Below are positions 34,421 to 46,129 of a DNA stretch of 64,000 bases, one piece after another. A program made the position numbers and the translations under genes. The notes below the pieces were generated by a model. It saw nothing but the letters and a program-made list of their open reading frames with translations, had not been told where the DNA came from and ran no database searches. Source of the stretch: Selaginella moellendorffii. Taxonomy: Eukaryota > Plantae > Lycopodiophyta. The DNA lies in the NCBI RefSeq assembly GCF_000143415.4, contig NW_003314301.1, positions 654,336 through 718,335 on the forward strand, in the 5' to 3' direction. Position 1 is the first letter of the stretch, and every line of letters begins with the position of its first letter.

Positions 34421-35733
34421 ATGTCTTCTCTGGACGCATTGCTGGAAAGAGGAGTGTGGCTTCTGGAAACGCCTTGCAGCAGGATTGACACTGTTGGGTT
34501 CAGCTTTCAAGACTTGAACAAGTTTGATTTCTGCAAAAATGTGACAAGCAAGACGGAGAAGGAGCCGCACAAGTTCCGTGTGATTCGAGACGACTTGCTG
34601 CACCCGACGCTCGGTGGAAACAAAATCAGAAAGCTCGACGCTGTGGTTCCGTTCCTCAAGGACGAGGAAATCACTGATGTGGTACGTACTCTTCTTTTTT
34701 TTTTTGTTCTTTCTTTGAAGCGATTTCAATGTCTATCAGGTGACTTGTGGAGGCTGTCAAAAGTGCTCATGCTGCTGCTGTAGGTACGAAAAGAAGACTA
34801 AGAATTCTCTAGTTTTATACTTCTTCTTCTTTTCTATCTAACGTGTTTTCTCAGCTCAGCTGTGGCGTGTGCTGAGCATGGGATGTCGGCTCATTTGCTG
34901 CTACGAGGTGAAAAACTTGAGGTCACGACTGGATATAACTTGATATCGGAGGTTTATGGAAACGTGGTGTATGTTCCAAGAACCGAGTATGCCGATCGAC
35001 AAAAAATGTTCAGCTCGCATATGGAACGTGTTGCTTGTTCTGAAGAACCAGTTCTTTGGTTGAATAGCAACTCTATCACCAGAGAAACAATCACTCCTTC
35101 AGAAAATTCTAAATTGCTTGAACCCGGAAGAGGAAGAAGAAAATGGGCCGTGCTTGGAGAAGGTGGTGCGAGTGGTCTAGCACCTCTCGGTGTGTGATTT
35201 TCAACTTTGATATGTTTGTATCTCTAATATTTTTCATGCGATCTATGATCGGGCTTTATAAGACTTGTGAGATGGCTAAGCGAAAACGAAGTCTTCGAAC
35301 GAGATGACAAGATCAAAATCGTGGTCGATTCTGGCACTGGAACATCCGCCATTGACCTGGCTCTAGGAATCGCTTTGCTCGGGCATGCTCGAGTTTATAT
35401 CCTTTTGGTGGTATATATCCTTTCTTCCAGCCTTCACCAGTGGGAGATTGTTGGTGTAATGCTCTCCGGTTCTCGCGACTACTACGAGAGACAAATGAAG
35501 AACCTTGTCATTGGTTTTCTTCAGCAGTTTCGCTGCGATCAGTCGGCAGAGGCTTTGAGCTTACCTCTTGTTTGGGAGGAGAGGAAACGAGTACGCAGGT
35601 ATGATTTATATATAAGCTTGCGAGCTACAGTATAATAGTCTGATAGTACAGGTTTGGAAAGATTTTTGGAGAGATCGGTGCTTGCAAGAGTATAGCCCGA
35701 CAAACTGGCATTTTGCTAGACCCGATTTACACG
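34421..35733 (+). pseudogene. DCD2: D-cysteine desulfhydrase 2-like (PLP, ACC-deaminase family) pseudogene
   Basis: FRVIRDDLLHPTLGGNKIRKLDA, VTCGGCQ/SAHAAAV, CAEHGMSAHLLLRGE, TGYNLIS, VVDSGTGTSA, ILLDPIYT. +1 frameshift at tgtcaaaagtgct (~34760). Truncated where the TBC remnant begins. Confidence 0.85.
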
Positions 35734-35765
35734 TTTTCCCCTTTTTTTCGCTTGATTTTAAGGAT

Positions 35766-35868
35766 CGAAGGACTGGGCATTATGACAAGTTACACCATTG
35801 CCAGGCACAGAGAGAAGCAAGGATTAGTTGTTGCAGCCGAGCTACAACAAAAATTTAAAACAATCCAT
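35766..35868 (+). pseudogene. Remnant of the last TBC RabGAP exon (duplication junction)
   Basis: EGLGIMTSYTIARHREKQGLVVAAELQQK, near-identical to 21987-22085. Confidence 0.85.
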
Positions 35869-35928
35869 TTTAATTTAAACATCTTTTCATATCGAAGCTG
35901 GTTTGTAAATGAGCTTAAGAATTTTTTA

Positions 35929-36555
35929 TGTGGTGCTACAGTTCTCTAGAATTTAAGAATGATTGATCACTTGATCTAGTGTCAATCTTTTCCTCCATAA
36001 TCAGATTTTACACCTCCGACTACATATTGACAAGCCATTGGAACTCCAGGTTTAATCACTTGTAGCCTTTGAGAAGCTCGTATGCCATCACTCCAAGCCC
36101 CTAAACATCCATTGCCTTTGTGTATGACAATCTCCCATATCTCTCGATGAAGATATTCTCAGGAGCCATGTACTTCTTTGTCCCACAGCACTGGCTCATC
36201 TCTCTTGGATCGTCGTTTACCACTCCAAATCCACCAATCAGTGGCTCGTCTATGCTTGCATCTTGCAGCTTGGTGAAAACATTCTCCAGCATGAGGTCAC
36301 GATGGGCAACACCCTTCGACTGAGTGTCTCGGCCAACTTCTTCAGAATCTCGGCTACCTCCTTCTCGCTCAGTGGCCCTTTCATCGCTTGATCCCACAGG
36401 CTATGGCCACACAGCTCCATGACTATCGTCCCTTCTTCTCCCTTTTCTCCCTTTTCAGCCCCTGGAGAGAGGTAACTCCAGGAATGGAGCAAAGCTTGGA
36501 CAAGATCCTTGTTCCCTCTTGGCGCCACTCTCACGCTTAACCATCTTTCCTGCGA
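35929..36555 (-). pseudogene. Cassette kinase pseudogene
   Basis: HRDLMLENVFTKLQDAS..IGGFG (DFG lost)...MSQCCGTKKYMAPE, with frameshifts and deletions. Confidence 0.88.
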
Positions 36556-37034
36556 ATGTTGTGGGCTGTGTTATCAACCGGTCATAAAAAATTAAAGTTC
36601 ACATGTTACTATCTTTCTATATCCTCAACAACATTATGTAAAGGGTATAATCAACTTCAAATCAATTTGAATCCTCAGATGTGTAACTGCAGTTACAGCT
36701 CATTGTAAAGCAAAGAAGATTCATAAATTCCATGTAATGCCCTTAGTGGGCATTTTACAACACTTGATTTTTTAAATTCCCTGCACGTAAGCCTGTCTTT
36801 CAGTCCTTGGGGATGTTCCATCTCCTCCGCAACTCTCCCACAGTCCCACTTCATCCAAGCGCCACTGGTTCCGGGGATTTCCATAAAAACCACCTTCATC
36901 AGTGGCAGCAAATAGTTCCTCTTTACCTCGGCTCCCTCGAGAGATACTCAATCCTCGAATCCACCACCTTTCTCATCGCACATTCCCTCCATAACCCATA
37001 AGACCCTCGTCCTTGTCTAGCATCCTCTTCACAC

Positions 37035-38167
37035 ACCACTGGTCTGTTCTTCCTCTACGTTTTGCTGTCTCAGAATTACTTCCCGGACAAGGTCGCGGAG
37101 GATCTCATCGTTCCAGAGCAAGGCGATGCTCGCAGCGGCTAGAGTTCCAGTTCTATCGCCGCAAATCCACAGACCCATCGGCGGAAAGCTACTCGCCATC
37201 TCCAGCTCTCATCCACCGCGACGTTACGAGCAAATCCACGCCCGGTGCTCTCGATTGATCCAAGATGACCCAAACGGCGGCGAAACAGCCAAGTTACCTG
37301 CGATTGGAAGAGTTTTTGCTGCTCCTTGCAGAAGAATTTTCGATCGTCCGAGTTCCTGGCTCCCCGGAGAGCCGATTATTCACAGTCAACGATTCATCGC
37401 GCCCGGATCTTCTAAGCACTGTCACGATTTCGCGAACTCGATCAAGTTATCTGTCCGTGGACTACACCTCTTTGGGAATGGCTCGCAAAACAATCGATCC
37501 ATGTTCTTTGCGGACGAATCTCTCGCGATGAGAAAAACTCTGTTCATGAGCAGAGCATAGAGAAAAGTGGAAGCAATCGCCAGCATCTTGTTCCCCAGGC
37601 TCGCGATCCAAATGGCGCTATCCACACCGCGAATTGGGAGTCGCCGTGATCGGTCAAACGTCTACTTCGTTCCGGGATTGTTCTTGGTGGGCAGCAGCAG
37701 ATCGCGGCGGTGGACGAGCGCCACTTTGACTGAGATCTACCTCAACTCCTCCACCGCCGATGGATCGATCGTGAGAGAGGAGCAGCCCAGCCACGAGGGG
37801 CAGCAGCACACCGGATTTCTCGATCACGACGAGAAGGCTCTCGCGGAGATTTATTTTCTGGGTTGCTCCTGGCACCACTTTCGGCTACATTGGCCATGGA
37901 ATGGAGGCATAACCATGTCAAAGAAAGATAGCTTCCTATATCAAACAATTCATACCAAAACTCTCTACATGTCCTAAAAAGAATGGATTAAGATTCAAGT
38001 TGGTTTGAGTTAAACACCAGGCGCTATAGCTTGACATCTCCATAATCGCAGTTAGACTCCCCAAACGAAAAGAAGCAAGGATCCATAGTTCTTGCCTTGG
38101 AGCAAACATCCCCACCTGATCCAGGCCCAGCGCACATAAGCCAGGGCCTCAACCCGGTTAATCCCTG
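37035..38167 (+). pseudogene. Scrambled GT37 fucosyltransferase pseudogene with internal inversions
   Basis: Forward FUT pieces alternate with reverse-complement FUT pieces at ~37281-37350, ~37468-37650 and ~37897-38167. Confidence 0.88.
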
Positions 38168-38373
38168 AGCTTGGATGTTACAAAAAAGAATCCACGATTA
38201 AGATGTGCGAGGATAAATTTATAGCAAGAAATGGCATAGCTTCTGTAATTATCATTCACATGATAGACGTTTTTCAATTTATAAGATTTGCATGATGGGT
38301 GATTCTCCTCTTTTTGTTTCCATGGCCGTGCAAGTTGTAGTTCCAGTGGGATCAAACTCCTGGTGAAGTTTTC

Positions 38374-38755
38374 GTGTATGAATGTCTTCTTTGGACTCAG
38401 CAGTGCCAAGCCTGCAAGAATGATCGCGTTGATAACTTCTTCCAGGAGCCTGTCTCAAGCCAAGCTGATCCAAAGTTGGGTTTCTTCCAGCAGCCACCAA
38501 GGGACTTTTCTGTCGAATCTTCACATGAAATGTATGGGAGATGTGAACGTGTGGCTGTCTCTCGCTCGGTCTTCGATGCTGTAGAACTCACTTGGAATTT
38601 GATGCTGTCAGCATATGCCAAGAACGGGCATTTGCAGAGGGCTAAAGAGGTTTACGACTCCATGCCTGGGAAGGACTTAGTTTCATGCAATGGAATGCTT
38701 GCTGCGTACTCTCAGGCCGGGAAACTGGGTGATGCTGTCGAGTTTTTTCGAGTGA
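38374..38755 (+). pseudogene. 5' fragment of PPR gene
   Basis: Near-copy of 24382-24770. Confidence 0.8.
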
Positions 38756-39171
38756 AGAGTCTTAGCTAACCGAAGCAGGGACAACACTGTGTATATTGTT
38801 GGAGGCAAGCTGCCAGTGGTCGTCTCTGCGATGTGCTGGTTGAGTTTAGGCTTGGCTGCCTGTTTCGCTGATGCCCAATTCTGGAATATGTGTAAGGTTC
38901 TGGTTTCCTTGCTCAAACCATGGATGGTGATTACAACCTGAAAGAAGAGTGGCACTTCGCTTGGATGGCACACGTATGTTTTTGTGCAAGGTCGTCAAGG
39001 ACTCAGCATCCTAAGGTGGCAACACGCATGTCAATGAGGGTTCTTCTGCCTTCAAGCCCGATTCCTTTAATTCGAGGTTATAAACAGAAATTCTTTTAAT
39101 TAATTAAGGACTAATTTAGAGTCTTAGAACAATATAAGTTTAAATCCTTTTAACGAGAAAAGCTCAGACAA

Positions 39172-39850
39172 ATGGATGTTCGGGCAAAGTGGCGGCAAGC
39201 TGTGAAGCAAGCCATCAAGGTCTAAGTTCTTCTCTAGTGAGTTGTTATATAAGATCAATGGGTAAAGGTCTGGATACTCTCAAACGGCTACTGGCTTGAA
39301 GCTGTGAGTAGCTTTCAGAGTTTCTGGTTCTTAATCCCTATTGCCACAGGTTGATGAAATACGCCCCTCTGCACATACTTTGAATAAATGTGGCTGGTTG
39401 GACAAGTCTTTTTTCAGATCGTTCTTAGGTTAAAGTTGAAGAAGTCATATTATAAGTGACAGAAAAGTTGAATCTAGATCCAGTAAGTTTCATCCAAATA
39501 TGCACGTAAAATTGGCCTCTTCATGACAAACAGGAAGAAAGGGGTAGATTTTGAGGTGAAGGGAAACTGGTCTATAAGGCAACTGGCATTCCTGTCCATG
39601 AAACTTATCCTCCTACATTCTTGTTTGTAATGGATCCAAATGGGATATATGCTGCATCCCTATTATTCTATACAAATTCGTCTCTTCCTTCCAGAAAAAA
39701 GATGGTTACCAGCAAGACTCCTCTGCATACATTCAACATTCCTGCTGCTCTTATGGCTCCAGCTGCTACAAAACTTGAATGATAAAGGCAAGAGATTTTT
39801 TATTTTCAAATGATTGTGACCAAAGGTATATATATTGTTTCAGAGTGTGC
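39172..39850 (+). pseudogene. IQM-family pseudogene, copy 2
   Basis: Homologous to 25220-25990, with further deletions. Confidence 0.68.
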
Positions 39851-40119
39851 GACTATTGAATTGAAAAAGCATATTCTAGCATATATTCTTAATCCAATGA
39901 CTAAGCTCCTTAACCCTACTTGGATTTAGCTCATGAAACTAAGCAGTGTATTCTATGAAACTATATTAAACTTTTGGTCGTTGAAATAAGGAATATCCAT
40001 GCCTACTTTAGGAGCTCACTTTTTCCTTTTTCTTTTTCTTTTATATATATAGTTATAATATTTTTATAAAAATATTTTTTAACAAAAGACAAATTTCTCA
40101 TATATTAGAGTATAAACCT

Positions 40120-41007
40120 ATGAAATTTTTTTTTAAATAAAATTTTCTATTTTTAATTAAAAATATAGTTTATGGAAGAGCAACTGTAGAATGGGGTAAT
40201 AATAACACACTTACTGAAAATGAAATTAACCTTATAATTAATAATGGATTTTTAGATCTTTTAACTCACATTAAAAATTATCATTCATATTCAAGAAATT
40301 TTAAGAATTTAACTGTTTTAAATATTGGTAGGGGTGTATTTGCTGTAAGAATTGAGCGTGTGGATGGAGAGCCACCATATTGTTCAACTGGTCAAACTGA
40401 AAATACAATTATTGGCATGAGAATCAAAGAAGCTGTTAGGTACTTAATCAATACATATAGTACTACAATGATTGCAGCAAAATCTGATGTATGCAAAATT
40501 ATATCTCAAAATTATATAATTCAATATTCAGTAGTATTTTGGTGGAGACTAACCTTAAGTAAAGTTAATAGTTTGTTTACATCTTATCTTTCATATGATA
40601 ATTGTGATACTACCTTAACTACTTTAAATGCTGGTTTTTCAGACCATGTGTTATATACAGGCCAATTTTTGGTATCCCCAAATCGCAAAAATGTGTTATT
40701 AATAGAAATAAATTGTAAAGTTTCACTTTATTCAGGAAAAAATTTACTATGGAGATCTGATATCACATTTGATTTTATTGGTCAATGTAAGCTTGATCTT
40801 CAAAAAGATGGGAATTTGGTATTATATACTGATAAGAAAATAAAAATGTGGTCAATTGATCATTATTGTTATAATCAACCAGATTGTATATTTCTTACTT
40901 ATCTTAGTTTATTAAATAATTGCAACTTAGTAATTTATGAGGCTAATAGTCCAAATGCTATTTGGTGGGAAACAAAAACTACTAATCATTTTGGTTGTTT
41001 AAAATAA
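40120..41007 (+). pseudogene. Secreted lectin-fusion gene, copy 2 (signal peptide disrupted, mature region intact)
   Basis: ATG AAA TTT TTT TTT AAA TAA gives an early stop. The downstream frame is open and ~98% identical in protein to copy 1. Confidence 0.8.
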
Positions 41008-41691
41008 TACTTATTATGTTGTAATTTATATTAGTCATGTAAAACCTTATTAAGTGCAATTCAATTTAGTATCTAAATGAAAATTAGAGGGACCAAGAGT
41101 GAATTAAATTGCATGCAAGGTCTTTTCTCTTTTGTTGTGCTCTGAGTGGAATATCATATTCAGATCTAATGCTTCCATCATTCCTTGCCATGTAGAACCA
41201 TCCAACTTAAAATTTAATACTTCCATCATTTTTTACCAAATCTCTATTAGAGTGAGTGAAAGGCATCAAAACCATGATTGGAACTTTTATTAAATGTTTT
41301 TGGAATTCTTTGTATAAGCTATTGTTGAATAGCTTTATTTAATATAATTTCTTTTTATTGAGCATGAAAAGCATAATAAAATTCTAGCTATAATACGGTT
41401 AACCAAGGACAATATGGTAGGGACAAGAAAAAGAAAAAGAAATGTGTAAAATATATGGTTATTATCTTGGTATGATCTTCATGTCTCAAGATTTTTAATA
41501 CGTGGAGTCCAAGTGACAAAAGCTAGTTCGTTGATACTACAAGCTTTAGCCAGTTTGGCTATGAAATTAGCTATATCACATCAACCTTAGAATGAGCTTC
41601 ATACCCGAAGAGCTGTCTACTCACACAAGGTAACGGTGCTTCATCTATATTTGTCTTCTCCCTTAGATGAGCTTTGGTGTAGAAGTTTTGA

Positions 41692-42612
41692 CTAAACTAC
41701 CCTAAGTTTCTTCACAGCTGGATGGCTAGAGTGTGGAGTGCTTCTCTTCCCTCCACAACAACTTGTGATATTGGCAGTAGCCCGTGTGGTGCTACAGTTC
41801 TCTAGAATCCAAGGATGATTGATCACTTGGTCTAGTTTCAATCTCTTCCTGGGATCCAAGTCCAGCATGCCCATAATCAGATTTTTCGCCTCTGGTGACA
41901 GATTGGCAGGCCACTGGAACTCCCCCTCGCGCAGCAAATGCATCTCCAGGTTCGATCGCTGGTAGCCCTTGAGGAGTTCGTATGCGATCACTCCAAGCCC
42001 CCAAACATCCACCGCCTTCGTGTAAGACAGCCCATATCTCTCGACAAAGATAAGCTCGGGAGCCATGTACTTCTCAGTCCCGCAGCTCTGGCTCATCTCT
42101 CTGGCATCGTCGGTCGCCACTCCAAAATCCCCAATCACTGGCCTGATCGTGCTTGCATCTTGCAGCTTGGTGAAAACGTTCTCCAGCTTGAGATCGCGAT
42201 GGACAACACCACTCGAGTGGACGCCCTTGAGTGTCTCAGCCAGCTCCTTAACGATCTCGGCTACCTCCTCCTCCCTCAGTGGCCCTTTCATCGCTAGATC
42301 GCGCAGGCTAGGGCCACAAAGTTCCATGACCATCGTCCCAAAGCAACGCCCGCCAACCTTCCTCTCCCTCCTCAGCCCATGGAGGAAGACAACTCCAGGA
42401 ATGGGGCGAAGCTTGTCCAAGATCCTTGTCTCCCTCTCGGCACAACTCTCCGACTTAAACATCTTTCCTGCGTACCTATGGCGGTTGCGGGCTGCGTCGC
42501 TCAGCAAGTAGACTTGGCCCTGTCCTCCATGCCCCAACTTCTCGTGTCTGATGTACCACTTGAGAAGCTCGCCACACTCGTCATCTCTAAACTCGCCATC
42601 CTCGAGCGCCAT
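41692..42612 (-). CDS. Minimal Ser/Thr protein kinase, copy 2
   Basis: 306 aa. Differs from copy 1 only at RLKLD and the terminal V in the ORF track. Confidence 0.92.
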   Translation of the reverse strand: MALEDGEFRDDECGELLKWYIRHEKLGHGGQGQVYLLSDAARNRHRYAGKMFKSESCAERETRILDKLRPIPGVVFLHGLRRERKVGGRCFGTMVMELCGPSLRDLAMKGPLREEEVAEIVKELAETLKGVHSSGVVHRDLKLENVFTKLQDASTIRPVIGDFGVATDDAREMSQSCGTEKYMAPELIFVERYGLSYTKAVDVWGLGVIAYELLKGYQRSNLEMHLLREGEFQWPANLSPEAKNLIMGMLDLDPRKRLKLDQVINHPWILENCSTTRATANITSCCGGKRSTPHSSHPAVKKLRVV

Positions 42613-43245
42613 CTTCCCCTTTTTCTCGCTTGGTTTTAAGAAAACCTAGCTTCCCACAACAGGTTTAATGATCGCGAAAAGGCCATTACTTTTATTAAAC
42701 TAAAAACTTCACCAGTAAAAAACTGACCATTGTAAAAGACCATTTTAAGATCCAATGGCTAATATTTTTTGGTTTTCTTAAGGGAAGGGGAGTTAAGATG
42801 GTAGTGAATATACTTAAAATATGCTTGAAAATTTAAATATTCTACCATCTAACGGTTCTTATTCATTTAGATTAATTTTGTATTTATACTTTCTTAAACA
42901 CTTTCTAGTATATTCTATTTTATTCTACCGGTTGGTATTGCAATAAAATTAATCTTGTGTTTATAAATTACAAACATGCTTATAATTATAAATTTTTATT
43001 TGATCAATTAGATTAATAATTAAAAATAACACTACTATTAAGCAAACAAACGCGTAACAAATTATTATTAATTAGAATAATTTATATGGAATTAAAGGTG
43101 ATCGCTATTTTATAATTACCCTCCAGGGTTGACCAGCGCGTTGTTTGATGCAGTCGGAGTTTTACGTGTACATGCAAACCAGCCAAGCACGGAAGCTTCA
43201 CGAGCAGAGTTATGACTATGCGCACGATCATTCCCTTCGTGAAGA

Positions 43246-44895
43246 ATGGAGAGAGTCGCGAAAATGGCGTCTTACTCCAACCCAAAATCCATCGCTCTGA
43301 TTACCACTGGTCTCTTCTTCCTCTACGTTTTGCTGTCTCAGAATCACTTTCCGGACAAGATCGTGGAAGATCTCATCGTTCCAGAGCAAGGCGATGCTCG
43401 CCAGTGCCGGAGCCGCGTAGAGTTCCAGTCCTATCGCCGCAAATCGACAGACCCATCGGCGGAAAGCTACTCGCCATCGCCAGCTCTCATCGTTCCAGAG
43501 CAAGGCGATGCTCGCCAGTGCCGGAGCCGCGTAGAGTTCCAGTCCTATCGCCGCAAATCGACAGACCCATCGGCGGAAAGCTACTCGCCATCGCCAGCTC
43601 TCATCCACCGCCTGCGACGCTACGAGCAAATCCACGCCCGGTGCTCTCGATTGATCCAAGATGATCCAAACGGCGATCACGGCGACTGCCAATTCGTGGT
43701 GTGGATCGCGCCATTTGGATCGCAGGGCCTGGGGAACAAGATGCTGGCGATTGCTTCCACTTTTCTCTATGCTCTGCTCACGAACAGAGTTTTACTCATC
43801 GCGAGAGATTCGTCCGCAGAGAACATGGATCGATTGTTCTGCGAGCCATTCCCAAAGAGTTCCTGGCTCCTTCCCAGACCCCTGGAGATCCGATTATCCA
43901 CAGTCAACGATTCATCGCGGATCGGCCATGCCCCGGATCTAAAAATCACTCCTCAGCACTGTCACGATTTCGCGAGCTCGATCAAGTTTCCAGATGTGGC
44001 CTACTCGTATCTGTCCGTGGACTACACCCCGGACGATCGAAAATTCTTCTGCAAGGAGCAGCAAAAACTCTTGCAATCGCAGGTAACGTGGCTGTTTCTC
44101 CGGTCAAACGTCTACTTTGCTCCGGGATTGTTCTTGGTGGAATCCTTCCGGAGTGATCTCGCGAAGCTCTTCCCCCAGCAGCAGGCGATTTTCCACCACT
44201 TGAGCCGCTATCTCTTCCATCCCATCGATCCGGTGTGGGATCGCACAGCGCGGTTCTACGACTCATATCTCGCGCGCGCCGACCGCGTAGTCGGCATCCA
44301 AATGAGAGTTCCTCCACACTTGCAAGGAGTTCGTCAAAACCTGGCGGCGGAGGTGTTCCAATGCGCCGTGGAGACAAAGATCCTTCCCAATATCAGCAAG
44401 AACAACGTCGAGAGGATCAAGCTCCGCTCCTCGATCAGCTCGCAGCAGCAGCAGATCGCGGCGGTGGTGACTTCGCTGGATGAGCACCACTTTGACGTGC
44501 TGCGAGAGATCTACCTCAACTCCTCCACCGCCGATGGATCGATCGTGAGAGTGGAGCAGCCCAGCCACGAGGGGCAGCAGCACACCGGATTTCTCGATCA
44601 CGATGAGAAGGCTCTCGCGGAGATTTACTTGCTGGGGCTCAGCGATGTGCTGATCACGAGTCCTGGCTCCACTTTCGGCTACATTGGCCAGGGATTAGCC
44701 GGGTTGAGGCCTTGGCTTATGTGGGCTGGGCCTGGCTCAGGCAGGGACATTTGCTCCAAGGCAAGAACTATGGATCCTTGCTTCTTTTCGTTTGGGGAGT
44801 CTAACTGCGATTGTGGAGAGGCTGTCAAGCTTGACAATGTGGAGCGGTGTCAAGATTGGCCTATAGCGCCTGGTGTTCAACTCAAAACAACTTGA
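43246..44895 (+). CDS. GT37 fucosyltransferase, copy 2 (549 aa, 38-aa internal duplication)
   Basis: As copy 1, plus an in-frame 114-bp tandem duplication at 43371-43598. Confidence 0.92.
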   Translation: MERVAKMASYSNPKSIALITTGLFFLYVLLSQNHFPDKIVEDLIVPEQGDARQCRSRVEFQSYRRKSTDPSAESYSPSPALIVPEQGDARQCRSRVEFQSYRRKSTDPSAESYSPSPALIHRLRRYEQIHARCSRLIQDDPNGDHGDCQFVVWIAPFGSQGLGNKMLAIASTFLYALLTNRVLLIARDSSAENMDRLFCEPFPKSSWLLPRPLEIRLSTVNDSSRIGHAPDLKITPQHCHDFASSIKFPDVAYSYLSVDYTPDDRKFFCKEQQKLLQSQVTWLFLRSNVYFAPGLFLVESFRSDLAKLFPQQQAIFHHLSRYLFHPIDPVWDRTARFYDSYLARADRVVGIQMRVPPHLQGVRQNLAAEVFQCAVETKILPNISKNNVERIKLRSSISSQQQQIAAVVTSLDEHHFDVLREIYLNSSTADGSIVRVEQPSHEGQQHTGFLDHDEKALAEIYLLGLSDVLITSPGSTFGYIGQGLAGLRPWLMWAGPGSGRDICSKARTMDPCFFSFGESNCDCGEAVKLDNVERCQDWPIAPGVQLKTT

Positions 44896-45282
44896 ATCTT
44901 TATCCATTCTTTTTAGGACATGTAGAGAGTTATATTGTGTCTTCCAATGTGGACCATTTTGGTATGAATTGTTTGATATGCAACTGATTTCAAGGAAGTT
45001 ATCTTTCTTTGACGTGGTTATGCCTCCCATTCAACGAGCTTGGATGTTACAACAAGGAATCCACGACTAAGATGTGCAAGGATAAATTCTAGAACGAGAA
45101 ATCACATAGCAAAGTCATATCAAGATGTTAGTGATTCACGTCGTGAAGCCCGCCACTTTGATACGCTCATAGGCACCCACGATCTGTCAAAAAATTATAC
45201 AAGATGTTACAAACAAGCAGTTCTTGTTTCCATGATGTAAGTTGTTGTTCCAGTGGGATCAAACTCCTGGTGACAAGTTTTC

Positions 45283-45665
45283 GTGTATGAGTGTCTTCCT
45301 CGGACTTGGCTGCAAGAATGCATCGCGCTGATAACTTCTTCCAGGAGCCTGTCTCAAGCCAAGCAGATCCACAGTCAGGTTTCTTCCAGCAGCCACCAAG
45401 GGACTTTTCTGTCGGATCTTCACATCAAATGTATGGGAGATGTGGAAGTGTGGCCGATGCTCGCTCAGTCTTCGATGCTGTGGTCGCCAAGAACTCCTTC
45501 ACTTGGAACTTGATGCTGTCAGCATATGCCAAGAACGGGCATTTGCAGAGGGCTAAAGAGGTTTACGACTCCATGCCTGGGAAGGACTTAGTTTCATGCA
45601 ATGGAATTCTTGCTGCGTACTCTCAGGCCGGGAAACTGGGTGATGCTGTCGGGTTTTTTCGAGCG
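45283..45665 (+). pseudogene. 5' fragment of PPR gene (chimeric between cassette types)
   Basis: Identical to the 59623 copy up to ~45396, then follows the truncated 24382/38374 type. Confidence 0.8.
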
Positions 45666-46129
45666 AAGAACCGAAGCAGGGACAACACTGTGTATATTGT
45701 TGGAGGCAAGCTGCCAGTGGTCGTCTCTGCGATGTGCTGGTAGAGTTTGGGCTTGGCTGTGATGCCCGATTCTTGAAGGTTTTGGATTTATGTGTAAGGT
45801 TCTGGTTTCCTTGCTCAAACCATGGATGGTGATTACAACATGAAAGAAGAGTGGCACTTTGCTTGGATGGACGGCGCACGTATGTTTCTGTGCAAGGCCT
45901 CGTCAAGGACTCGGGATCCTAGTGTGATGATCACACTCACATGCAAATCCGAGAGAATCTAGCAAGGTGGCAACACGCATATCAATGAGGGTTCTTCTAA
46001 GCCTTTAATTCGAGGTTATAAACAGAAATTCTTTTAAATAATTAAGGACTAATTTAGATTCTTAGAACATTCTTTAATTCGAAATTCTTTTAAATAATTA
46101 AGGACTAATTTAGAGAAAAGCTCAGACGA

